Part shown: positions 40,341 to 51,326 of the stretch, piece after piece
How the letters are laid out: each line of letters starts with the position of its first letter
Position numbering within the stretch: the first letter of the stretch is position 1
Source: Bispira polyomma
Taxonomy: Eukaryota
Direction: 5' to 3'
Length of the DNA stretch: 64,000 bases
NCBI GenBank assembly: GCA_965649765.1
Contig: OZ287754.1
Location: 35,836,001-35,900,000 of the forward strand
Made by a program: the position numbers and the translations under genes
The notes under the pieces: generated by a model
Databases searched by the model: none
The model's input: only the letters and a program-made list of their open reading frames with translations
Told to the model about the DNA's origin: nothing

Positions 40341-41690
40341 CTAAAAAGGGCCGGAGGTGACGCTTTGGTGGCTCGAAACACACCATTCCTTTGGAGACTG
40401 CTGACTGGCTACTGAAGCGGGCTGCAGGTGTAGCTGATGCTGTGACACGGGCTCGGACTCTGGCTGAGGTGTGGGGGGCTGTGAGATGACCAGCTGCTGA
40501 GTGTTGTCGATCAGGACCTCTTGCAACTGCTGATTGTCCACTGGTAAAGGTATTACCAATATTCCTGGGGCGTTGGGACTAACTGTCTCATAGCCAAAGT
40601 TCTGATGTAGTTCGCTGTTGTATTTATTCAGAAAGTTTGAAAGGGTTGACGTGTTGTGCGCAGACTCCTCAAACAAAGACGCATTAGAAGGTGGGTTTGA
40701 GTACTGCTTACTAGGAGAAATGCTCAGTATTTTCAATTTAGTAGCAACCCCTGAATGTTCTTCCATGCTAAAGTAAGTCGGCGACTTCACACTGTGAGAC
40801 GACCCAGCAGCCGAAGACTCTGTAGCTGTACCCACCACAATGTACTGTGGTGGGTGCTAAGACTGCTAGGATGGAAAGTTCTGGTGTTGAAATGTGGTAG
40901 CAGGCTTCTGTCAAGACGACCCAGCAGCCGAAGATTCTGTAGCTGTTTCCACCATGACGTACTGGGAAAGCTGAGACTACTGGGATGGAAAGTTCTGTTG
41001 TTGAAACACGGGCTTCTGTGCAACAGCCGAAAACTCTGAAACTCTATCCATCACCACAAGCTGAGGATGATTAGTGCATAAAGTGCTGGGGGACCTAGCT
41101 CAATCCCGGCCCTTGTGACAGGGTAGACGTCGGAGCTGGTCTGGCGAAGGCACTTCTGACGGGTTGACTTCTGCCTTGCTATATCTGGCTGAGGCAGGAA
41201 AAGGCGCTGTCTTGGACTTTCTGAAACTCGCCCTTGTCCAATTTCTCTGCCTCGGCTGCTAGGTAGGCAAAAAAAGCGTTACAGTTGGTCACAGGCTTCT
41301 GTGACTTCTCTACTCTCCAACCAAGCTACTCATCAGTGTTCTGATCTGCGTGAAGTGCTCTCCTAGCATCTGGTTGGCGTCTGTGCTGAGTCGAGCCGGA
41401 GAACTTCTCTGGAGGCTCCTCATGCTGGTCTCAATGACGCTGTCGCCCTCTCCTCCGATGTTGGAGCATCTGGACACATCATGGCTTTCCTGACGGGGTG
41501 GTGACAATCCCTGAGAGGACGTCGCACTGGGCTTGAAGCCTGAAGACTTGACATGCCTGACGATCTGTGATCTCAGAAACGAGAAGCGTGTGATCAGCTA
41601 GTTCTCTCGCTCTGTAAAATCAGGTGGGGCTTGTCCAGACTTCTTAACCATCAACTTTCCGAAGTGTGTCCTCTGTGATTCAAACAGAGG
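40341..41690 (-). pseudogene. Harbinger accessory MADF/Myb-like gene, N-terminally truncated and decayed
   Basis: LFESQRTHFGKLMVKKSGQAPPDFTEREN*LITRFSFLRSQIVRH (C-terminal half of MADF), followed by low-complexity S/P/Q-rich frames; internal ~117-bp duplication at 40795-41030. Confidence 0.78.
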
Positions 41691-41691
41691 T

Positions 41692-42450
41692 ACTACCCCT
41701 ACAAATAACTTACCTCACATAAGGCATGGGGTGCCTAAAAGGGTTAATGGGTGCAGTAGTTGATGGACTGATATTCTCCTTCAGTTCTGACTTACTGATT
41801 ACCTGGGAATCTGAGCAAGACCCACTATATCCCAGATGGACCTTCAGGAACCTGTACTATGCGTCCACCAAGGCCAGCATCACAATGGAGTGGAAGCCCT
41901 TGTAGTTAATATAATTACTGCCCCCTCTTCTTAGACATTGAATGGCAATATTTTCCCATATATGCTTCCAGGGCATTTGGTATATTACATGTGTCTCTAA
42001 AGACAGACTCATCCTTCTTCCAGTCCTCTGGGCTGGTGGGCAGGACAGAAATTGTTTCTGCAGCTCATCTATGATGGCTTAGCAAACTTGTGGCACGAAC
42101 CTGGGGATGCTTGACCTGCTCACCACAAAAGATTACTGTCGTGACGTGTACAACTCTCCAGTTACCAAATGCCTCAAAGGGGACAGTGGTTTCGAGAACC
42201 AGGTGGTCTATTTTTGTATCCTCTACACCACCCTTCTCTCTATTTCCTCGAATAATTAAGGGGGCATCCTTAGAAAATTCCTGAAAAAAACTGGACATCT
42301 TGCATCTTAATGCATGGCAAAAGTTCTGTGTATTGACCATGATTTTTTCTTCCAGTAAGCCATGGCCTAACCCACAATCTACGTCTTGCTCTCCCTCTTT
42401 TGTCCACCATTCCTTGAACTTTTTATTTTTGCCTTTTCTTCCTTGAATAT
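41692..42450 (-). pseudogene. Second, more decayed Harbinger transposase fragment
   Basis: Reverse complement gives GSNYINYKGFHSIVMLALVDA*YRFLKVHLGYSGSCSDSQVISKSELK...PMPY...LFVG; paralogous to 38830-39060 but clearly diverged. Confidence 0.85.
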
Positions 42451-44226
42451 CTATAATAGCCATTACTTGAAGTTGCATGTAGGCTAGTAAACCTTGAATA
42501 CTCCTCACAATATCTATAAGCCTCTGTGGAACCATCTTTATCACTTGAATGAACAAAAAAAACTGACTAGATACGTGGCTTTAGGGTTCCCCTAAGTGTT
42601 AATGCCCAGGAGTTGGTCAGGGACACTCGGGAGGGTGGTCGAGTTATCTTTTGGTACAAAAAATAGGTTGTGGTTATTTTTTTGGTCAATACCGGCTGGA
42701 AGGAGACTTATCTTGGTCAGTCAGGGTTCATAGATATTTGGTTCTGGTGACTAATCTGGCCGATTTATCGCAATGTAAAAAATCAGTCAGGCCTTGTAAA
42801 TTACTTATCTTTTAAATCATTGACCAATACAAGTATACTCGGATGACACAAATTTTCCCACGATTGGCCCTGATCACATTATTGGGGCCTCTCACCACAC
42901 TATCGTTGTGATATAATACATAATTGGGCATCAACCTGAAAATAAATCTGGGGCTAAAATTCAGTATTATTTAAGTTTATTTACCACATATCCAGAGCCT
43001 CACCATGGCGTACATCATTTGCTTGTTAATAACAATGCCATTGTGACTTAGTTAATAACAAACTGCCATGAAACACAGAGAACATTGGTTCCGTTTCAGC
43101 TTTGGGCTGATACAGGTGGATACATAGTAGATCAGATGACAAATTAAAACTGTGATCATCTGTGACAGTGACTATCTCCAGGAGCAGGCTAAAAAATTGT
43201 TTCTGTTGGTAAATTGTCATTCTCATGCCTCTGTCTTAGACTCTGTCTTAGTCTACCAACTATTTCCTGCTCATGAGATGATCATAAAATATTAAGTATT
43301 CTTTCTTTTCATCAAGACCTTAAACAAGGCTATCAAGTGGCAAATATCACGTATGTTTTGGAGCCCCCTTTTCAGTTCTCATATTTGCAAAACTGTATGA
43401 TGCCAGCTTTTTTGTTGCCTTCCAGACTAGCGCTATATCCCGCCTTGTAGTTGATGGCCTCATATAATCCTGTAACTATCAGAGATGGGTGTGTGGAACA
43501 CAAATCTTTAACACACGGGCTTTTTATGATGATCTTGTAATATTTTAGTTAGGTGTTACTTATGCCTCATACTTGGCCATCCATCTTATATAATCTTCAA
43601 ACGTGTCATCATCTCACCAAGATGTCTACAAGCTTAATGTATATATATAGGTTGTATACAGTATGCTTGTATACTGTAAAGTTGTAGACATCCATGTCCA
43701 CACAAAAGAAACATGTACATTTAGGAGAGGGAATTGAGTTGATAAAATATAAGTCTGCATAATAGAGTAAACCCGTGTATACAACTAATCAATTTGATAT
43801 TTTATGCAGTTTATCTTGTAAAATTACAGATTCCCCATTTAACCTATAACAATGAGTATTTGAGGAACTGATTATCAGAAAAACCACAGGTATTTGATTT
43901 TACAAGTTTTTGATTAACTTTTCGGGGACTATATCGCCCAACCAAACGTTTAAGCACTGCAGTACTTCCCACAGAGACAACACTCAACCCGAATTGAGAG
44001 TGTTCACATTACACATAGGGTTTGTATAGCAAGAGCACTTCAGGGCCCGGCTTTGTCAGTTCCACATATCTACATTATTCATTCTTTCTGAAGCTATTCT
44101 TGTGCACACTTGTATACTTCACCATACCAATTAATAACCAATCAATCAACTGTGTCAGATTATTATTGTGTTGAGTATTATTGTCATTAAAGAGCCAACA
44201 TTTACAGTACACGTATATAACTGTAT

Positions 44227-44443
44227 TGGGCATAAAGTCACCTTACATCACACAGTACATAATGTACTCATTTATTTTAATTTTGACAAAATTTTGGAAA
44301 TCTTGAATCAAGTTAAGTCAACCTTAAATAAATCAATGAACCTTTCAATTGACTTACCTGACAATTTTTTGTCAACCTTAAATTTATTTGAGTCAACCTT
44401 AACTTAATTTAATCAAACTCAAGTTAGGGTGGCCTTATGCCCA
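44227..44443. mobile_element. Small TIR element (MITE, ~217 bp)
   Basis: TGGGCATAAAGTCACC left versus TGGGCATAAGGCCACC (reverse complement of right end); internal GTCAACCTTAAA x3. Confidence 0.65.
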
Positions 44444-44880
44444 TAATCTATATAACCGTATATACAACCTGGTAGTTTTAACATGTAGTACCTAATAAAC
44501 TTATTATACCGCAATCTTTTCACTGTGTCATATAATTGTAATTACTTCAAATATTTACTGCTACCCAGAGAAACTGGTAGCTCTACACAGGTGTCAATCA
44601 TCACCACTATATAGATGTATTCACTGGTGTACTTTGGTGTGTAGAAAGTTGAAGTTATAAAACTTTAATTGGGCTCGTGTTCATTCAGCCTCATGTAACT
44701 GTGTATAAGAAAAACAACCTTAATTTTAGGATGACAGTCCTCTTTTATTTAAAAAATTGTACAACTGTTCTATTAAATTGCTAGTTATACGTTTCATTAC
44801 TAGTATACTATAATGTGTAAAAATTGAGGGCTAGTCCTGTACCAGTTATTTCTTACTTGCTAGTCATTCTAATGTGTAAA

Positions 44881-45131
44881 CTTGAATTTGGATTTTTAAC
44901 GTCCACTCTAGTACCTTTAAGTAGGTTATATTGGGACGGGTAGTTGGAAACACTGGAGAAAACACTGCATACAGTCGGTCAAGGTTCTGCACTGAAACCA
45001 GCGGCCCACAGTAAGGAACTACCACCTTTCCCACATAGGCATCGACGGGATTCGAACTCACACTGCCCAGAGGTGAGAGACCAGTGATTGTGAAACGCAA
45101 TGCTTGCTAACCACTAGGCCACCGCAGCCCC
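44881..45131 (-). mobile_element. SINE family A, copy 4
   Basis: Full length; TSD TCTA(A/G)TGTGTAAA (44868-44880, 45132-45144). Confidence 0.95.
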
Positions 45132-46479
45132 TCTAGTGTGTAAATTTGTACTAGGCGTCCTTAAATTTTATTTTCTTAGTATTTTATGTCCGCATGAGTG
45201 GGCTTCATGAATGTTTTCTTGTAAGGGTGGGGTTATTTTAAAATTTTAACCCACTTTTGTTACTAAAGATTGTAATACTGTACATATTACGAATCTTGTA
45301 TAAAATAAATCTGTAAACTATATCTCTTTACTACCTTCAAGGTCACCCTATACCAAGACAAATATATACAAGGAACTGGGCTCAATTCTTGTCCTGCTTG
45401 AAACCCCCTCTGGAGCTAAGTTCGTTTTATCTGGATAAACCATTAAAAGGAGCATTCTGACTCTAACTACTTTGTTCCGGGTGTGTATTGGAAGTGTTAA
45501 AGTCTGTATGACCTTATCATTCACCACTGTGTTCTGGTGGCTATTACACCCACTTGTGAGTCATCTGTGATTGGGTCCAATACTCAAGTGTATGCTAAAG
45601 AACTCTGGGTACATTAATAAATGCTGATCCTGAAGCCCATGTCTTCAATTTAAGGAATGACAATTACTGGTGCTGACTGGTTGTATTTGTGCAGGTCAAT
45701 AAGAGGTAAGAGTCCCACAACACAGCCAGATACTGCTATCAGACGTTTAACAAATACAACACTAGCACTAGGATTCAATTCTAACTCTAATTCTGTTTAT
45801 CTCCATTATTAATCATATGACTAAAGATATGTGACCTTTAGGTAAGAACTTGCATCAAATGAGCAAGATACATTCCATCAGTCACTGCTATATCTCTGAT
45901 ATGTGTGACTGCAATTAGCAGTTGTCATACGTGTGAAACAATCGCCCCGAAATATATTTCATACATCATAATATACTGTCTTCCATACATCATAGATTAC
46001 TTAACAAAGTATCCAATATTCAAAAATATTAATTATTAAGCATTTAATAAAATGCACCCATATAAGTACATTTTGCATTTTACTGCTTTTCATGAGTTCA
46101 TTATGTTAGCAACCAGTGGTAATTATAGTGGATTTTAGTGATAGAGCCGACCCGACATGTATTGATAATATATTTCAATCTGTGGTTTCAGAAGTGATAA
46201 TAGTAATAATAATAGTAGTCAGTACATATGCCACAGGTTCTTGAAGAATACAGTTGCCATACAAATAATTTTTTTATTAAGTTTTAAGGCCAGTAGCCAT
46301 TCAAGATCACATAAACTTAATACTTGATGCGCTTTTTATTTTTCAGTATTACATTATCGCTCAAGTAGGATCAGTACTCACTCATTCAAGGTTGTATACA
46401 AGTTGAATTATTTTAATGTAATATCTAGTCTGAAAGTCCTGTTCTTATAAGTATATATAATACTCAATCCTGGTTGTAG

Positions 46480-46845
46480 TCAATCAACAGCCCTCCTACC
46501 TTGCTTCCCTTCTCTCTTTCAGTAACCTGAAGAGGCAACAGACTCTCTGTTTCTCCGGTTAGACCCACCAGAAAGGCGGGATCCAGAGCTTTCTCTGTTG
46601 CTGCTCCCTTGTTATGAAACAATCTACCAGTTGACCTCCGATCAGTAGATACTCTCATTAGTTTTAGAAAAAAGCTCAAAACCTATCTTTTTAACCTTGT
46701 CTACCAACCTTAGATTCTCTCCTGTAGGCCCCTTTTCCGTACAACCTGGCTATGCCCATGGACTTTACGATTGGATCACTGATTCTGCTGTTGCATGTTA
46801 GAAGATGCCTAGCGTAAATCAAATGCATAATTATGATAATAATAA
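46480..46845 (+). mobile_element. 3' end of L2/CR1-group LINE
   Basis: AGSRAFSVAAPLL*NNLPVDLRS...FRKKLKTYLF; 3' UTR similar to 28530-28650; (AAT)n tail. Confidence 0.85.
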
Positions 46846-48140
46846 TATAGATCATATGATACTAGTGTCATTTTACATGTTTCTCTTCAATTTATTTTGT
46901 ACTTGTATATATCAGAAAATACAATGTACATCTACATATATTAGGGTGTATGTTTGTGCATATATGTGCAAATATTCGCCTTAGTCTTGTCCAAGACTCT
47001 TACAGAAACAACACACGTACTTCTATGCATTCACGAAATGCATATGTAATAAAATAATATATCAACATTGTTTATGCAGTTATTGAGGACATCTTAGAAC
47101 TTGTGCTAGAAATCCTATAAAAGATACAGTATACAAGTGGAAATAGTACATTTAAACCTTCTATAACATAAAGGCCTGATACAAGCCTATGTTTTATAAC
47201 ACAAGTCACCCCATCTGTTACAAGACAAATTCTGGTGAAACATCTGGCCACAACTATATGTTCTCTGCAATGACTAATTACAGTTGTGCACTACTTAGAT
47301 TAATTAAGTCTCAAAACGAGTCAGAATGTTGCATACTTGGAATGCTTCTTACTTAAGACAATGATTTAGGACGTAAACAAAAAGTATAAAATTTGCCATT
47401 AAACTACTGTTATTGTATGTTTAACTATTGTTTTTATGTAATTTATATACATTTATAATAGTAAGTCTGTGTTTTTAATAAAGTTTGACTCTCTTTGTGT
47501 ACTTCAACTGGTAAAAGTATAGAGTACCTAAATATCACTAAATTCTGGCCATTGTTTATTTTGAATGGCTATAATAATGTGTCTGACTAAAGTGTTTTGA
47601 AGACAGATCTACAAAAACAAATTAATGGCCTCGTAATATCTTCGGCTGTGGCAAGAAAGATTACCATGATACCTTATGATACATTCTTTTGAAAAGAACT
47701 AGAGAATAGATTCAAATGATATTGGATTTGTATTAATTTGAGGACATCTTTTCAATCTCTGACATGTGACATTGAGATAATAACAGAAACATTTGTTTAA
47801 TACTATGACAAAGATTTGTTTCACATGGGAAGGGCTTGGTCACAGCTTTTTGTATATTTGTTTAATGTTGTGCTGAATATGTTGGAGTTATAATTTAAAA
47901 GAAGAAGCAGTGTTACTTCTGACCTTTCTATCAATGTACAAAGGAACATTTTTCTGAATTTAAGGGATTCTGTAGAAAAATAAAAGGTGATATTGACATT
48001 GCATTGCAGATGTATTTTAATGATAATACTAAAAGGAAATGATGTAAAATGCTTAAAGAGGAAAAGATGACAGTAGATCTGTAGTACCCTAGTATTATAG
48101 TTCTGAGATATTTGCTGTTCACTCTTTGACCTAATTAGGA

Positions 48141-49631
48141 ATGGAATATCAAAATTATCAAGGAAGTAGCTACAGATTCCCTCCACCAGAGGAATACACT
48201 TATTTTAGTAGAACAGAACATTCTAAAACAGATGTACATAACCCGTACAACCGGTTCTACCATGTATCTCCAGGTACACACCAACACACCAAAGAGGCAC
48301 AGCACACTCCTTATGACTATAACTACAGAGGATTCCCAGTGAAAGATGATACACAGTATCCATACGTTGCTGTTGATGATGGTTCAGCACATCAAACCAG
48401 GTTTGGCTCATCTAAAGATATTGCATTTGAATTCAATCATCCTACTCAGCCTCAACAAGTTCCACCTCGTATGTTCAATGGATATCCTACGTACGAAGTA
48501 GAAGTGTCTCCTCCATTTGAAAAAGCATATTTACCTCCATCAAAGGAAGACTTTGTGACATCAGCAACTGAAGTATTAACACAAAACCCCCTTATCAATA
48601 CCACAGATCTCTTGTTAGACAAAGATTTGAATGATACAAACTCCATAGAATCATTCTCGGGAAATCAGACTTTTACCCCAAATGACAACACCACATACTG
48701 TGGAACGGACATATCAGACCTTGGTAACAAAGTGTACCTGTTTGGTATAGGGTTTCTGATAGTTGTAGCAGTTTTACTAAATGGATTAGAGTTTGCCATC
48801 TTCAGAACCAAACCTCTTAGAAGTTACTCTTTCAGTGTATACCTCTCTGCTTTAGCTGTACTAGATTCTTTTTCATTATTTGGACACATTCCACGACGCT
48901 GGATGAATATCTTATATGAGACATTAGACTGGGGATTGGGAGTTACAGTATATGACACCAACTTAATAGCTTGCCGTGGACTGACCTACTTCAGCTACAT
49001 CTCAAGGTTTCTCTCGGCCTGGGTGGTTGTGGCTTTAGCAGCAGAAAGACTCATCGTTTCTAAAGATCCCTACAAGAAATCGAAAATACGGAAGCCCAAA
49101 ACTGCCTGTCATATCCTCGTTGGATTAATTATTGTGTCATTGGCTCTGAATTGCCATGTGATCTTCACCTGGGGTGTTGTGTCGAGGAATGACGTCACTA
49201 CCTGCTCGCCATTACAGGATACCCCTGAGCTGGCTTTGTTTTTGACCATATTAAGCCTGCTCAGTATTGTGGCATTGCCATTTGTCACTACCCTCATACT
49301 GACCGCCTTGATGCTTCAGCATCTACAGTCAAAAACATGGAAACTTCGACCAAGAAAAATGAGTATCAATGCTATAAATAAACTGCAATTTGAGAGGAAG
49401 GCGGTGCTCATGGTATCTATGATAACAGGGGTTTACGCTCTATTGAGTTTTCCTTTCACAGTATCTTGGCTGGTATTATTAGGCCAACACTTGGCACCAC
49501 CCCATAGTTCTTGTACCTTACTAAGAACGTACGTGGCAAAGGACATCACTGAAGTTATATATATGGCCAATTTTGCCGTAAAATTTGGCTTTTGTATATT
49601 TTGTGGGATGAATATCGTAAGCCATAAATGA
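48141..49631 (+). CDS. Class A (rhodopsin-like) GPCR, peptide-receptor-like orphan, intronless ORF, 496 aa
   Basis: Seven hydrophobic segments. TM2 YLSALAVLD; TM3 C...SAWVVVALAAERL (DRY variant); ECL2 Cys; TM5 LPF; TM6 LLSFP; TM7 YMANFAVKF. N-glycosylation sequons (NTT, NDT, NQT, NTT) before TM1. Confidence 0.92.
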   Translation: MEYQNYQGSSYRFPPPEEYTYFSRTEHSKTDVHNPYNRFYHVSPGTHQHTKEAQHTPYDYNYRGFPVKDDTQYPYVAVDDGSAHQTRFGSSKDIAFEFNHPTQPQQVPPRMFNGYPTYEVEVSPPFEKAYLPPSKEDFVTSATEVLTQNPLINTTDLLLDKDLNDTNSIESFSGNQTFTPNDNTTYCGTDISDLGNKVYLFGIGFLIVVAVLLNGLEFAIFRTKPLRSYSFSVYLSALAVLDSFSLFGHIPRRWMNILYETLDWGLGVTVYDTNLIACRGLTYFSYISRFLSAWVVVALAAERLIVSKDPYKKSKIRKPKTACHILVGLIIVSLALNCHVIFTWGVVSRNDVTTCSPLQDTPELALFLTILSLLSIVALPFVTTLILTALMLQHLQSKTWKLRPRKMSINAINKLQFERKAVLMVSMITGVYALLSFPFTVSWLVLLGQHLAPPHSSCTLLRTYVAKDITEVIYMANFAVKFGFCIFCGMNIVSHK

Positions 49632-50091
49632 AAAGAAAAACAGAAAAGCGAATTACTGAAACAGTAATACAGTGAAAAAGGCATTTACGTATAACAAATA
49701 GATTAAATGTTTGAGTGAGATTGAGTAAAGAAGGGGTGAGGGGTTACTAATGTACTGATGCAATTGGTGATGGTTAGTTATTCTATTCCACATGTTTTAT
49801 GTAATATGTTACAATAGCTAAAGCTTAAATTACCTAATGTAGTAATAATATATATATATTCAGTAAGGATCATATCATAAGATTAGAAAGCTAAGAAAAT
49901 TTCATTGAATTATGGCTGTACATGGACATTGATAATATGTGGTATGTATCAATGGATAAGTTGACAAAACCAGTCAGATGGCTGTGAAACTCATAGTTGA
50001 CATGTAAACATAGGTTATTGACATCAATTTTATTAAATAATGTACATCGATGGTTTATTTTTTGTGGTGAAATATTACTTGTTCATTACAA

Positions 50092-50106
50092 AATAAATAT
50101 TTTATT
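50092..50106. terminator. Back-to-back poly(A) signals for the two convergent genes
   Basis: AATAAA-TAT-TTTATT: the first canonical AATAAA downstream of each stop codon on its own strand. Confidence 0.45.
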
Positions 50107-50958
50107 AAGTAGTTAATTCAAATAGATGATAAATATGACGGCTTCTCCCTTTGCTTGAAGTTCATCACTTATTAGAATTGATAATATATGTATACAAATA
50201 ATATATGAAAAGGGTATTTGAAATACAAACTCTACAAACAGACCACATTTTGATGTTTAATATACATACAGCTTATAACATAACATTTTATGGGGTAAGA
50301 GGTTTAAGGTAGACTGTACCAATACCAATTCACACCCAGTTTGTTTATAATACAAAACAACAAAAACATTTGCATAACTACAACTAATAATAAGAATATA
50401 CTTTTGATACATCTAATACTGTAAACAAGCTACCCAAGAATCACAGAAACTTGTAATGAACCATTAACACATGTAGCATAAAATGGAGGAAAGTGAAAGC
50501 TTCAATAATGCTCATGTAAGGCACACCCATCCCTCAGTTAATTTACAAATATAATTTCTGAATCATCCAGACCATTTATACAACAGGGTTATGTCAGTTT
50601 ACTACTTGATCCAGTTTCCTCACTTTTCTAAATAAACCCCCGTTATGTTAAATACATGGATTGTCTAACACCCAACCTTTCTGTCATAAGTATAGTGTGT
50701 TGAACTCTCATCCACTACACATGTCCATTTCTTTATAGACTGGCACCACTATTATTGGGAAATCATACCCTAAACAGAAAGATTATCAGAAACAAATATA
50801 AAGCTCACCACATATCTGCTGTATGTCACAAACATAAAAACATAACTGATCACTTTGAATATACTTGTAGAGGTAAAATATAAAATTTTAGTACAAAAAT
50901 ACGATAAGAGAACTAAGGAAGAATGAAAGTGTTAAAGGATGTATATTGATGTAATATC

Positions 50959-51326
50959 CTAGGCATGAGACTCAATGGCAGGTGTTTCTACTACAGTAGG
51001 TCCTTCATATTTTGGGGGTGGGGAGAAGCCGCTTACTACAGGACCATCTATTGGTTTAGGTTGTTTGGGTTTTGCTGGTATAGCTGCTGCTGTTGTTGCT
51101 ACTCCCTCCGTACCACCATTATTTGCTGAGCCTTCCCCGCCATCAAATGTAGCTGTAGCAGTTTCATTGGATGGTTTGAATTCCACATCCCTGCCTTCCC
51201 ATGGATCCACAGATCCGCCATTTTGGAAAGGAGCAATTGGGCAATCCTCGTCCTTCTTGTCTTCGACCATGTGATTTTCACCATCGCTTGGGCTGATTTT
51301 GTTGTGGCGGTTTTTGTATTTGTACA
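50959..51326 (-). CDS. EGF-TM gene terminal exon (cytoplasmic tail)
   Basis: Acceptor GTTTTCAG|TG; (V)[15 protein letters not shown]...[21 protein letters not shown]. Confidence 0.88.

Larger units (their letters stand above)
37700..42900. mobile_element. Rearranged PIF/Harbinger transposon locus
   Basis: Transposase (+), convergent MADF/Myb ORF (-), and a second transposase fragment (-). GACC/GATCGAAC-rich subterminal region on the left, GGTC-rich region on the right. Exact TIR and TSD not resolved. Confidence 0.85.

Noticed and set aside
44864-45100. ORFs [12 protein letters not shown]... here and at 58335
   Set aside because: Incidental frames within SINE family A; not conserved as open frames across all copies.
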